Assembly: GCA_035759315.1 (NCBI GenBank)
Contig: DASTVB010000074.1
Coordinates: 2,195 to 66,194 of the forward strand
Source of the DNA: Telluria sp.
Lineage (GTDB): Bacteria > Pseudomonadota > Gammaproteobacteria > Burkholderiales > Burkholderiaceae_D
Direction: 5' to 3'
Length of the DNA: 64,000 nucleotides
Position 1 is the first letter of the stretch. The number at the start of each line of letters is the position of its first letter. The translations under genes were made by a program, and so were the position numbers. Below are positions 18,070 to 30,786 of the stretch, piece by piece. The notes under the pieces were generated by a model. That model saw only the letters and a list, made by a program, of their open reading frames with translations. It was not told where the DNA came from and made no database searches.

Positions 18070-19572
18070 CTATTCCTGGTGGAAGGCTTCTTCGCGTTTT
18101 TTGCTGAGCGACGGGAGCAGGACGGCGACCATGGCCAGGGCGGCGAGGATCAGCATCGTTGCGCTGATCGGGCGCGTGATGAATACCTGCGGGTCGCCAT
18201 GCGACAGCAGCAGCGCGCGGCGTAGGTACTCTTCCATCATCGGGCCGATGATGAAGCCCAGCAGCATCGGCGCCGGCTCCGCGTCCAGCTTCGCGCAGAT
18301 GTAGCCGAACAGGCCGAACAGAGCCATCAGCCACACGTCGAATTCGCTGTTGTTCAGGCTGAACACGCCAATCGCGCAGAAGGTCAGGATGGCTGGATAC
18401 AGCAGGTGGTACGGCACCGTGATCATGCGCACCCACAGGCCGATCATCGGCAGGTTCAGGACCACCAGGAACAGGTTACCGAACCACATGGAGACGACCA
18501 GGCCCCAGAACAGGGCAGGCTGCTCCGACATCACCTGCGGCCCCGGCTGGATGCCCTGGATGATCATGGCGCCGATCATCAGCGCCATCACCGGGTTGGA
18601 CGGAATGCCAAGGGTCAGCATCGGGATGAAGGATGTCTGGGCGCCGGCGTTGTTGGCAGACTCCGGCGCGGCCACGCCTTCGATCGCGCCCTTACCGAAT
18701 TCGCGCGAGTTGCGCGAGACTTTTTTCTCGATCGAATACGCCGCGAACGAGGCGAGCATCGCGCCGCCGCCCGGCAGGATGCCGAGGGCCGAACCGAGGA
18801 CGGTGCCGCGGAAGATCGGCGCGATGATGCGCTTGAAGTCTTCTTTGGTGAGCATCAGGCCCTTCACCTTTTTCATCACCAGTTCACGCGTGTCTTCGTG
18901 CTCCAGGTTGCGCACGATCTCGCCGATGCCGAACATGCCCATCGCGACGATGACGAAGTTGATGCCATCGGCCAGCTGCGGCAGGTCGAAGGTGTAGCGC
19001 TGCGCGCCGGAGTTGACGTCCGTGCCCACCAGGCCAAGCAGCAGGCCCAGGATCACCATCCCGCCCGCATTAAGGAGCGAGCCGCTGGCCAGCACCACGG
19101 ACGCCACCAGGCCCAGCACCATCAGCGAGAAGTATTCTGCCGGCCCGAACTTGAGTGCGAGGTCGGCCAGCGGTGGCGCAAACAGCGCAAGCAGGACGGT
19201 CGCCACCGTACCGGCGATGAACGAGGAAATTGCCGCGGTGGCGAGCGCCTTGCCCGCGTTGCCCTGGCGCGCCATCTGGTAGCCGTCGATCGCCGTGACG
19301 ACCGAACTTGATTCCCCGGGCAGGTTAACCAGGATCGCGGTGGTGGAACCGCCGTACTGCGCGCCATAGTAAATCCCCGCCAGCATGATCAGCGCGGCGG
19401 TCGGCGGCAGGCCAAAGGTGGCCGGCAGCAGCATGGAAATGGTGGCGATCGGCCCCAGTCCCGGAAGCACGCCGACCGCCGTGCCGACGAACACGCCGAT
19501 CAGGCAGTACATCAGGTTCTGCAGCGTGAACGCGGTAGTGAAGCCCAGCTCGAGGTTGCTGAAGATGTCCAT
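18070..19572 (-). CDS. tctA: Tripartite tricarboxylate transporter large permease
   Basis: MDIFSNLELGFTTAFTLQNLMYCLIGVFVGTAVGVLPGLGP... This is the typical TctA 12-TM pattern, about 500 aa. The ATG at 19572 follows the tctB stop by 10 nt. Confidence 0.92.
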   Translation of the reverse strand: MDIFSNLELGFTTAFTLQNLMYCLIGVFVGTAVGVLPGLGPIATISMLLPATFGLPPTAALIMLAGIYYGAQYGGSTTAILVNLPGESSSVVTAIDGYQMARQGNAGKALATAAISSFIAGTVATVLLALFAPPLADLALKFGPAEYFSLMVLGLVASVVLASGSLLNAGGMVILGLLLGLVGTDVNSGAQRYTFDLPQLADGINFVIVAMGMFGIGEIVRNLEHEDTRELVMKKVKGLMLTKEDFKRIIAPIFRGTVLGSALGILPGGGAMLASFAAYSIEKKVSRNSREFGKGAIEGVAAPESANNAGAQTSFIPMLTLGIPSNPVMALMIGAMIIQGIQPGPQVMSEQPALFWGLVVSMWFGNLFLVVLNLPMIGLWVRMITVPYHLLYPAILTFCAIGVFSLNNSEFDVWLMALFGLFGYICAKLDAEPAPMLLGFIIGPMMEEYLRRALLLSHGDPQVFITRPISATMLILAALAMVAVLLPSLSKKREEAFHQE

Positions 19573-19582
19573 ACTGATCCAA

Positions 19583-20044
19583 TCAGAAGCTAAGCCACGG
19601 ACCAATTACCGGCATCGGTAAACCGAGCAGCCGGATAAATAGCACATAGGTGAATCCTGCCAGTGCGATCGCGAGGAGCGGCGCATGCTTGAGCTTGAAC
19701 TTGCTGCTGGCGAGCGCGCTCAACATCACGATGACGATGACCGCCGGGGCCAGGCCCGCGCCACGCATCAAGTAGCCGAACAGCAGTACCGCAGCCAGGA
19801 TCAGCGCCAGCTCCTTGATGTGGATCTTGCCCACCGGTTCGCCATCGCGCATGAAGGAGCGGACCACGGCAACGAGGCCGATCAGGGCCAGCAGGGATCC
19901 CAGCATGACCGGGAAGAAGGCAGGCCCCATCCGACCGGCCGTGCCCATCGAATAGTTCCAGCCGATGATGACTGCGGCCAGGCCGAAGCCCAGGAAGATG
20001 ACCCCTGTCCAGAAGTCCTTGGGATGGCGAATGAATGAAGGCAC
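19583..20044 (-). CDS. tctB: Tripartite tricarboxylate transporter small permease
   Basis: GTG start at 20044 preceded by AAGGGGA SD. VPSFIRHPKDFWTGVIFLGFG..., 4 TM segments, ~153 aa. The track ORF's extra N-terminus (MGPSLRWDD..) is REP-A sequence. Confidence 0.8.
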   Translation of the reverse strand: MPSFIRHPKDFWTGVIFLGFGLAAVIIGWNYSMGTAGRMGPAFFPVMLGSLLALIGLVAVVRSFMRDGEPVGKIHIKELALILAAVLLFGYLMRGAGLAPAVIVIVMLSALASSKFKLKHAPLLAIALAGFTYVLFIRLLGLPMPVIGPWLSF

Positions 20045-20086
20045 TGCGGTCCCCTTTATTTTTATAAAACTGTCACCAGTACCGTC

Positions 20087-20182
20087 GTCGTCCCAGCGGA
20101 GGCTGGGACCCATACGTCGCGGGCAAAATGCTTGCGCCGGCGAGTGATGCTCAATATGGATCCCAGCCTTCGCCGGGATAAC
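20087..20182. repeat. REP-A inverted pair inside the tctC-tctB intergenic region
   Basis: GTCGTCCCAGCGGAGGCTGGGACCCAT ... ATGGATCCCAGCCTTCGCCGGGATAAC. Confidence 0.9.
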
Positions 20183-20202
20183 GGTCGGTCCGCAGGCCGG
20201 AC

Positions 20203-21186
20203 TCAGTCCGCGTAGGCGCCGGCCTTGGTGATGATCGGCGACCAGCGCGCGATTTCAGCCTTCAGGTGCGCGCGCAAGGCTTCCGGGCGCGCGCGTTCGG
20301 CCGCCACAGGCTCGGTGCCGAGGTCGGCGAAGCGCTTCTTCACGGACGGGTCCTTCAGCGCGACCTGCAGCGCGGCGGCCAGCTTGTCGATGACGGCCTT
20401 GGGCGTGCCGCGCGGTGCGTACATGCCGTGCCAGACTGCGACTTCGAAGCCCGGCATGCCCGATTCGTTCAGGGTCGGGAGGTTGGGCAGGGAAGGCACG
20501 CGGGTCTTGGTGGTCACGCCATAGGCCTTGATCTTGCCGCCCTTGATCTGGCTGGAGGTGTTGGTGGTCTGGTCGCACATGAAATCGACCTGGCCGCCCA
20601 GCAGGTCGTTCATCGCCGGGCCAGTGCCCTTGTACGGAACGGTGGTCAGGTCGGTGCCGATCGCGGTCATGAACAACATGCCGCACAGGTGCGAGGCCGA
20701 GCCCAGCCCGGCGTTCGCATACGTCACCTTGTCCTTGTTGGCTTTAATGTAGGCAAGGAACTCCCTGAAGTCCTTGGCCGGGAAGTCTTTGCGCGCGACC
20801 ATGGTCATCGGCACGTCGGTGATCAGGCCGATCGGCTCGAAGCTGTCGACTGGGTTGTACGTGAGTTTGCGGTACAGGCTGGGCGCGGTGGAGTGGCCGA
20901 TGTGGTGCAGCAGCAGGGTGTAGCCGTCGGGCGAAGCCTTGGCCACGCGCGCCGCGCCAATCGTGCCGCCGGCGCCGCCGACGTTCTCGATGATGATCTG
21001 CTGCTTGAGCTGGGTCCCCATGGACTGGGCGACCAGCCGCGCCACCGTGTCCGTCGGCCCGCCGGCCGAGAACGGAACCACCATGGTGATGGTCTTGTCT
21101 GGGTAGTTCTGGCCGAATGCCGCGGAGCTGGCCAGGAACGCCATGCACGCCAGGGACCGGAAGAGGGAGGCTTTCATCGGTGTCAT
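20203..21186 (-). CDS. tctC: Bug/TctC-family periplasmic substrate-binding protein
   Basis: Signal peptide, then YPDKTITMVVPFSAGGPTDTVARL.., GGAGGTIGA.., PDGYTLLL.., the typical Bug family pattern. Confidence 0.9.
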   Translation of the reverse strand: MTPMKASLFRSLACMAFLASSAAFGQNYPDKTITMVVPFSAGGPTDTVARLVAQSMGTQLKQQIIIENVGGAGGTIGAARVAKASPDGYTLLLHHIGHSTAPSLYRKLTYNPVDSFEPIGLITDVPMTMVARKDFPAKDFREFLAYIKANKDKVTYANAGLGSASHLCGMLFMTAIGTDLTTVPYKGTGPAMNDLLGGQVDFMCDQTTNTSSQIKGGKIKAYGVTTKTRVPSLPNLPTLNESGMPGFEVAVWHGMYAPRGTPKAVIDKLAAALQVALKDPSVKKRFADLGTEPVAAERARPEALRAHLKAEIARWSPIITKAGAYAD

Positions 21187-21405
21187 CCTTTACTCACTAT
21201 GTAGATAAACATCAGGGAACATGGCGCACAGGGGGCCAGTTTGCCGTTCGGTTACAAAAGTAAGACAGAAGCACTTGCACGTACAGACGCAAGGTAGTTT
21301 TACCAGAAGCTTGCGATTGTTTCAATGCTGAATTCGGAGGACCGCGCAAAGGCCCCCGGCAAGGCCGGATTCCGCCTGAAAGTGTGGCGCGGATAACGCG
21401 ACCGG

Positions 21406-21993
21406 TCAGTAGGGTTTGGTGTCCACGCCGATCAGCAGGCGGGTGTCGGTGACATAGGAATGCGGCGGGATTTCGAGATTGCGGGGGGCGGGGACGTTCT
21501 TGAATACGCGGCCCGCGAGGTCGAACTTGGAGCCGTGGCAGGGACAGTAGAAGCCACCCGGCCAGCCCGGTTCCATTTCGCCGGCGCCTGGACGGAACAC
21601 GGGAATGCAGCCCAGGTGGGTGCAGATCCCGACCGCCACGAAGATCGGCGGCTTGAGCGAGCGGTGTGGGTTGCGCGCGTATTCGGGCTGCAGCGGCTCG
21701 ACCGATTGCGGGTCGGCCAGGATGCTGTCGTGCCGCCCGAGCTGCTCGAGCATTTGCGGCGTGCGGTGGACCACCCATACCGGGCGGCCGCGCCATTCGA
21801 TCGTCACCATGGTGCCGGGCGCCACGTCCGAAACGTCGATTTCGGCCGGCGCGCCTGCCGCCTTGGCCCGCTCGCTCGGGGCCATGCTTTCGACGAAGGG
21901 CACTGCGACGGCAACCAGCCCGGCGCCACCCATGCCCGCGGTCGTCATCAAGAGCCGGCGGCGTTTGGGGTCGATCCTGGAAACTTCCATCAT
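21406..21993 (-). CDS. petA: Ubiquinol-cytochrome c reductase Rieske iron-sulfur subunit (stand-alone copy)
   Basis: Tat-type RRRLL signal/anchor and PSERAKAAGAP. Rieske boxes CTHLGC and CPCHGS are present. The full-length pattern matches betaproteobacterial PetA. No petB/petC follows. Confidence 0.88.
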   Translation of the reverse strand: MMEVSRIDPKRRRLLMTTAGMGGAGLVAVAVPFVESMAPSERAKAAGAPAEIDVSDVAPGTMVTIEWRGRPVWVVHRTPQMLEQLGRHDSILADPQSVEPLQPEYARNPHRSLKPPIFVAVGICTHLGCIPVFRPGAGEMEPGWPGGFYCPCHGSKFDLAGRVFKNVPAPRNLEIPPHSYVTDTRLLIGVDTKPY

Positions 21994-22211
21994 GCCTCCT
22001 GCTGCCGTCCTGCCGGCAGGTGGAACACATTTTTACTTTACTTCGGATCGGTACGGGGTCAAGGCGAGCAGCAAGCTTTTTTTGAAAACGGCTGGGTTTG
22101 GAAGGGAGAGGGGACGGGAAGGGCGGGCGAACGCTGGCAGCCGGGATTGCCGTTCCATGAAGGACGCGGCACTCCCGGACGCCAGGTATTACTCATGCAG
22201 GGACAGCGCGC

Positions 22212-22853
22212 TTAACCGGCGCACTGCTCACGCACGCCGCCGAGGCCCGAAGAGGTGCCGTTCTTTGGCATGTCCAGCAGGATGCGGCTCATGATCGACT
22301 CGCGCTCCTCGGTCGAGGTTGCGCTCTTCAGGCGGCCGTACATGTCGCACATCGACTGCTGGTCGGCGGAGCTGGCGGTCGCACCGGCGCCGGACGCACC
22401 CATCTGGCCGACGGAACCTTCGATGATTTCCGTTTTCATCGCGCCCGATGGATCGTACTGGACCGATGGAGCCATGCCGGTCGAAGCCTGGGCGTCAGCC
22501 ACCGGCTGCTGGTAGGTCGACATCGTGGTTGGCGCGGCGCCAGGATACTGCTCCGGGCTCGCCGTTGCGGTTGGCTGTGCCGGCTGCGCGGTGGACGACG
22601 CGGTCTGGCCGGAGGTCGTGGCGCCAGTCTGCGTATCGGCGGTGGTTGCGGTGGCATCGACCGGGGTGGCGGTCGAGGCGGTCATCTCGCTGCTCACCGG
22701 TGCGGGTGCAGCCGCGGCGCCCTGATCCATTGCGGTCGGGCTGGCCAAGGTTGCGTCGCTTGCCGTGTCCATGGTGTCACGCTGGTGGCCGCATGCGGCA
22801 AGGGTCGAAGCAACGGCGACGGCGACGAGTGTTCGTAATAGATGCGATCTCAT
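22212..22853 (-). CDS. Lipoprotein with long Ala/Thr/Ser/Gln-rich low-complexity region
   Basis: MRSHLLRTLVAVAVASTLAAC gives a lipobox (LAAC). About 120 aa of low complexity follow. The ordered C-terminus is ..QQSMCDMYGRLKSATSTEERESIMSRILL. Confidence 0.65.
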   Translation of the reverse strand: MRSHLLRTLVAVAVASTLAACGHQRDTMDTASDATLASPTAMDQGAAAAPAPVSSEMTASTATPVDATATTADTQTGATTSGQTASSTAQPAQPTATASPEQYPGAAPTTMSTYQQPVADAQASTGMAPSVQYDPSGAMKTEIIEGSVGQMGASGAGATASSADQQSMCDMYGRLKSATSTEERESIMSRILLDMPKNGTSSGLGGVREQCAG

Positions 22854-23175
22854 AAAAATCTCCTTGTCTTGTTGGATGGCTGACCTGCGCGAAGCGGCGC
22901 TGCGGCGTGCGGCGGGAGTTGTCCGGATGCTTCCGGTGCGCTTGCGCGCGTCCGCCGACCTTGGAACCAATGCATAGCCGTGCCACGCTGGTGTTGATTT
23001 AGCTCCTGCTTTTGGCGGGAACACAGCTTCAGTATATGGCCGCGATTTTCCGTGCGACGCCATGTTGCCACCGGGAATTTTGACGCGGACCGACTCGTCA
23101 ATTGCGGCGGCGCCGGGGCACCACCGCGGGCACAAAAAAAATCAAAAAACCGTTCCCAAAGTACAAGACCGGTGC

Positions 23176-23194
23176 GATAATGCGAATCATTCTC
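23176..23194. promoter_or_regulatory. Fur box upstream of the TonB-dependent receptor
   Basis: GATAATGCGAATCATTCTC matches the GATAATGATAATCATTATC consensus at 16 of 19 positions (hand count). It lies 52 nt upstream of ATG 23247. Confidence 0.75.
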
Positions 23195-23246
23195 ATTCCC
23201 AATCAGCCATCGCAGCGATGCTGCACCGTCTGCAAGAAAGGTATTT

Positions 23247-25400
23247 ATGCGCTCCGCCAATGATTCGTCCGTCACCCGCAACCCGTTCGCCCTGCAGCCT
23301 GTGGCAGCGACCCTGCGCCTCATGCTGTGCGTCGCGCCAAGCCTGGCGGCAATGCCGGCAGCGGCGGACGACCTCATGCCGGCGGCGCCTGCCGAGGTGG
23401 TCATCGTCGGGACGGCGGCGCGGCCTTACGCAGCCCAGGCCAGTTCCACCGCCACCAAAACCGATACGCCGCTGATCGATACCCCGCAGGCGATCACGGT
23501 GATCACCCGCGAGCTGATGCAGGACCAGGCGATGCAGAGCATGGCCGACGTGATCCGCTACGTGCCGGGCGTGGTCACCGCGCAGGGCGAGGGCAACCGC
23601 GACACCGCGGTCTTCCGCGGCAACAGCTCCACTTCCGACTTCTATATCGATGGCATGCGCGACGACGTGCAGTACTTCCGCGATTTCTACAACATCGAAA
23701 GCGTCGAAGCGCTGAAGGGTTCGAACGCGATGATCTTCGGCCGCGGCGGTTCCGGCGGCGTGATCAACCGGGTCAGCAAGGAGCCGGTGTGGCGCGAGGT
23801 GCGCGAGGCCTCGGTGTCGGCGGGTTCGTGGAAGAACCGCCGTGCCACCGTGGACGTGGGCCAGGCGCTGGGCGCCAGCGTGGCGGTCCGCATCAACGCG
23901 ATGGCCGAGGACTCCGACAGCTATCGCGACGGCGTGAGCATCAAGCGCTCCGGCGTGAATCCGACCATGGCGTTCAAGCTCGGCGCGCGCACCCGCGCCG
24001 TGATCGGCTACGAGCACTTCGAGGACGAGCGCGTCGCCGACCGCGGCGTGCCTTCGTACCAGGGCAAGCCCCTGGACACCGATGTATCGACCTTCTTCGG
24101 CAATGCCGGGTCGAGCCCGACCTGGGTCGACGTGGATGCGTTCAACGCCCTGGTCGACCACGAGTTCGACAACGGCGTCACGCTGCGCAACCGCACGCGC
24201 TACGCGGACTACGACAAGTTCTACCAGAACGTGTTCCCGGGCGCGGTCAACGCGGCCGGCACCTCGGTCGCCATTTCCGCCTACAGCAACGCCACCCAGC
24301 GCAAGAACCTGTTCAACCAGACCGACCTGACCTACGTCGTCGATACCGGCGCGGTGCGCCACAAGCTGTTGGCCGGCACGGAGCTGGGCAGCCAGGAAAC
24401 CGACAACCTGCGCATGACCGGCTATTACCTCGGCGTGAGCCCGACCACGACCAGCATGCCGGTGCCAGTCGCCAATCCACTCCAGACCCTGCCGATCACC
24501 TTTAAGCAGTCGGCCACTGATGCGAAGAACCATGGCAAGGCGACGGTCGCCTCGGTGTACGTGCAGGACCAGGTCGAATTCTCGCCACAGTGGCTAGCGG
24601 TTGTGGGCCTGCGCTACGACCGCTTCAAGGTCGACTTCCTGAACCAGCGCACCAATGCGACGATCGTCAGCACCGATACGCCGGTGTCGCCGCGCGCTGG
24701 CCTGGTCTACAAGCCGGCCGCCAATATGTCCCTGTACGGCAGCTACAGCATTGCCTACGTGCCGCGCGCCGGCGAACAGCTGTCGTCGCTGAGCGCCACT
24801 AACCAGGCCTTCGAGCCGGAAGAATTCAAGAATCTGGAACTGGGCGCGAAGTGGGATGTCACGCCATCGCTGGCGCTGACCGGCGCCGTGTACCGCCTCG
24901 ACCGCAGCAACGTCGCGATCACCGATCCGGCCGACCCGACGCGCACGATCCTGGTCGATGGCCAGGTGTCGAAGGGCGTCGAGCTGGGCGTGGCGGGCAA
25001 CATCACCACCGCATGGAGCGTGATGGGCGGCTATGCGTTCCAGGACGCGAAGATCACGCGCACGCAGTCCGCCACCGCTCGCGAAGGCGCGCGCCTGGCG
25101 CAGGTGCCGGAACATTCGCTGTCGCTGTGGAACCGCTACGACTTCACGCCATCGTTCGCGGCGGCGCTGGGCTTCGTGTACCGCGACGAAATCTTCGCGT
25201 CCACCAGCAACACCGTATCGCTGCCTTCGTTCATCCGTGTCGACGGCGCGCTGTTCTACACGATCAACAAGAACCTGCGCCTGCAGCTGAACGTGGAGAA
25301 CCTGCTCGACAAGAAGTACTACGCCTCCGCGCACAGCAACGACAACATCACGCCGGGTTCGCCGCGCGCCGTCAAGCTGGGCCTGATCGCAAAGTTCTGA
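23247..25400 (+). CDS. TonB-dependent siderophore receptor
   Basis: Signal peptide and plug motifs (TKTDTPLIDTPQAITVITRELM, RYVPGV, RGNSSTSDFYIDGMRD). A 22-strand-type C-terminus ends ...KLGLIAKF. A Fur box lies upstream. Confidence 0.92.
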   Translation: MRSANDSSVTRNPFALQPVAATLRLMLCVAPSLAAMPAAADDLMPAAPAEVVIVGTAARPYAAQASSTATKTDTPLIDTPQAITVITRELMQDQAMQSMADVIRYVPGVVTAQGEGNRDTAVFRGNSSTSDFYIDGMRDDVQYFRDFYNIESVEALKGSNAMIFGRGGSGGVINRVSKEPVWREVREASVSAGSWKNRRATVDVGQALGASVAVRINAMAEDSDSYRDGVSIKRSGVNPTMAFKLGARTRAVIGYEHFEDERVADRGVPSYQGKPLDTDVSTFFGNAGSSPTWVDVDAFNALVDHEFDNGVTLRNRTRYADYDKFYQNVFPGAVNAAGTSVAISAYSNATQRKNLFNQTDLTYVVDTGAVRHKLLAGTELGSQETDNLRMTGYYLGVSPTTTSMPVPVANPLQTLPITFKQSATDAKNHGKATVASVYVQDQVEFSPQWLAVVGLRYDRFKVDFLNQRTNATIVSTDTPVSPRAGLVYKPAANMSLYGSYSIAYVPRAGEQLSSLSATNQAFEPEEFKNLELGAKWDVTPSLALTGAVYRLDRSNVAITDPADPTRTILVDGQVSKGVELGVAGNITTAWSVMGGYAFQDAKITRTQSATAREGARLAQVPEHSLSLWNRYDFTPSFAAALGFVYRDEIFASTSNTVSLPSFIRVDGALFYTINKNLRLQLNVENLLDKKYYASAHSNDNITPGSPRAVKLGLIAKF

Positions 25401-25408
25401 GCCAAGCC

Positions 25409-25773
25409 GTCGTCCCAGCGAAGGCTGGGACCCATGCTGAGCGTCCGGCTTCGGTAACGGCGCATGGACCCCAGCCTTCGCTGTGGTGACGGTCTCCAGT
25501 GCAGGGGATCCCCAGCCCTCGCTGGGATGACGGTCTCCAGTGCAGTGGATTTGGCGGAATTGAACATGTTTATGCCGAATCCGCCAAGTCTCACCATCAC
25601 CCGAAAAACCGTCGTCCCAGCGAAGGCTCGGACCCATGCTGAGCGTCCGGCTTCGGTAACGGTGCATGGACCCCAGCCTTCGCTGGGGTGACGGTCTCCA
25701 GTGAAGTGGTGGGGTGACGGCTTTCGTGCAGTGGATTTGGCGGAATTGAACATGTTTGTGCCGAATCCGCCAA
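25409..25773. repeat. Tandem duplication (~200-bp unit, 2 copies) of a composite REP-A element
   Basis: Copies start at 25409 and 25610. Each carries GTCGTCCCAGCGAAGGCT(G/C)GGACCCATGCTGAGCGTCCGGCTTCGGTAACGG.GCATGGACCCCAGCCTTCGCTG..GTGACGGTCTCCAGTG... and GCAGTGGATTTGGCGGAATTGAACATGTTT.TGCCGAATCCGCCAA. Copy 1 has an extra hairpin unit. Confidence 0.85.
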
Positions 25774-26000
25774 TTCTCGCCGTCGGCCGGGGCGACACAA
25801 AGCTGCAACAATTCGGCGGTTTTGGCCTAAGTTGCCCGTGATAAAATTGAACGGTCATTGTCAGGCGTTCTAACAAATACAAGGACTTGCGACAGGTGGA
25901 GACGCCCGCCGCGAACCTGAGAACCCGCTCCCGGCGGGTTTTTTCATATCAGCGAACGAGACGGCCCACCGCGAGGCCGCACAACAGGAGTGAGAGACAC

Positions 26001-29309
<3,309 letters not shown>

Positions 29310-29361
29310 GCAGGATAGGGTGGTGGGGCGTGCAAGCTCCCACCACCTCCGCACTACCTCC

Positions 29362-29464
29362 GTCATCCCAGCGAAGGCTGGGATCCATACTGAATACGAT
29401 CACAGGTCAGCGCGTGCGCCGGCTTCGGATGCTCAGGATGGATCCCAGTCTACGCTGGGATGAC
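29362..29464. repeat. REP-A inverted pair
   Basis: GTCATCCCAGCGAAGGCTGGGATCCAT ... ATGGATCCCAGTCTACGCTGGGATGAC. Confidence 0.9.
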
Positions 29465-29540
29465 GGTTTTTCGGCTATCGGGAAAGCGGACGTTTTCCAC
29501 TGTTCGGAGTAAGCTGGCCTCAAATCCAACGGAGGCGGCC

Positions 29541-30290
29541 ATGATCTTCCGGCAGCTGTTCGAACCCATCTCCAGCACCTACACCTACCTGCTCGGCTGC
29601 AGCCGCACCGGCCAGGCCGTCCTGATCGACCCCGTCATCACCACCGTCCACCGCGACCTGGGCGAACTCACTGCGCTCGGCCTGCGCCTGGCCTACACGC
29701 TCGACACCCACATCCACGCCGACCACATCACCGGTGCGTTGGAACTCAAGCGCATGACCGGCAGCCGCATCGCCGCGCCGGCATACGACCGCCTGCCGTG
29801 CGCCGACACCGGAATCGTGGAAGGGCAGCCGTTCGAAGTGGGCGACATCCGGATCGACCCGCTGCACACGCCGGGCCACACCGACGGGCACCACTGCTAC
29901 GTGCTGGGCGACCGTGTATTCACCGGCGACGCCTTGCTGATCGACGGTTGCGGGCGCACAGACTTCCAGAACGGCAGCCCGGACGATCTGTACCACTCGG
30001 TTCGCGGCAAGCTGTTCGCGCTGCCGGGCGAGTGCCTGGTGTATCCGGCGCACGACTACCAGCAGCGCCGGGTGTCGTCGATCGCGCAGGAGAAGGCGCG
30101 CAATCCGCGGCTGGGCGGGGAACGCACGCTGGAGGAGTTCAGGCAGATCATGGATGGGCTGGCGCTGCCGTATCCGAAGTTCATCGACTACGCGGTGCCG
30201 GGCAACCGGGGGTGCGGGGTGTGTCCGGCGGAGGTGCCGGAGGAGCTGGGCAAATACTGCGTCCAGATGGAACAAAGCCCGCAGGGATGA
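29541..30290 (+). CDS. MBL-fold persulfide (sulfur) dioxygenase, ETHE1-like
   Basis: GGAGG SD. MIFRQLFEPISSTYTYLLG.., HxHxDH (THIHADHITG), HTPGHTDGH, GDALLIDGCGRTDFQNG, YPAHDY. Confidence 0.85.
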   Translation: MIFRQLFEPISSTYTYLLGCSRTGQAVLIDPVITTVHRDLGELTALGLRLAYTLDTHIHADHITGALELKRMTGSRIAAPAYDRLPCADTGIVEGQPFEVGDIRIDPLHTPGHTDGHHCYVLGDRVFTGDALLIDGCGRTDFQNGSPDDLYHSVRGKLFALPGECLVYPAHDYQQRRVSSIAQEKARNPRLGGERTLEEFRQIMDGLALPYPKFIDYAVPGNRGCGVCPAEVPEELGKYCVQMEQSPQG

Positions 30291-30303
30291 GGGCGATGGG
30301 GTT

Positions 30304-30330
30304 GGGGACAGTCCCGAAGGGACAGTCCCC
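30304..30330. repeat. REP-B single hairpin between convergent genes
   Basis: GGGGACAGTCCC-GAA-GGGACAGTCCCC. Confidence 0.85.
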
Positions 30331-30334
30331 ACCC

Positions 30335-30670
30335 TCAGCCGTTCGCCATCTGGTAGAGCTGGGTGCAGCGGTTGCCGGTCCTGCAATACGCCAGCACCGG
30401 CGCCGGCAGCGCGGCCAGCGCCGCACGGAATTTGTCGACGTCGTCGGCCGTGATCCTGCCCGGAACCACCGGCACGTAGGCGAACTCGATCCCGAACTCG
30501 CGCGCCGCCGCCGCGATCTCCTCGTGCGTGGGCTGGCTCGGTCCCGCCTCGCCATCCGGGCGGTTGCAGATCACGCTCTTGTAGCCCGCCGCGGCAATGT
30601 CCGCGACGTCCTCGCGCGCCACCTGCGCCGTTGTGGAGAAATTCTCGGCCAGTCGTTTGATCGTTTCCAT
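30335..30670 (-). CDS. DUF442/TIGR01244-type phosphatase-fold sulfur-transfer protein
   Basis: METIKRLAENFSTTAQVAREDVADIAAAGYKSVICNRPDGE...YCRTGNRC (Cys-X5-R-like loop). This is the typical partner domain of ETHE1-like dioxygenases. Confidence 0.75.
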   Translation of the reverse strand: METIKRLAENFSTTAQVAREDVADIAAAGYKSVICNRPDGEAGPSQPTHEEIAAAAREFGIEFAYVPVVPGRITADDVDKFRAALAALPAPVLAYCRTGNRCTQLYQMANG

Positions 30671-30786
30671 GGAGTGTCCTTCGCGGCTGTCGGGGTGTGG
30701 CAAACATTATATCGTCCGCCCCGGCCGCGCGCTCGGCGGCCCCGGCCGGACTCGCGAAGCCGCCTGCCTTGCGTTACCATAAACGG

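Noticed and set aside
21187-21405. Remnant of petB downstream of the orphan petA.
   Set aside because: Translating the 219-bp gap in the three minus-strand frames gave nothing resembling a cytochrome b N-terminus.
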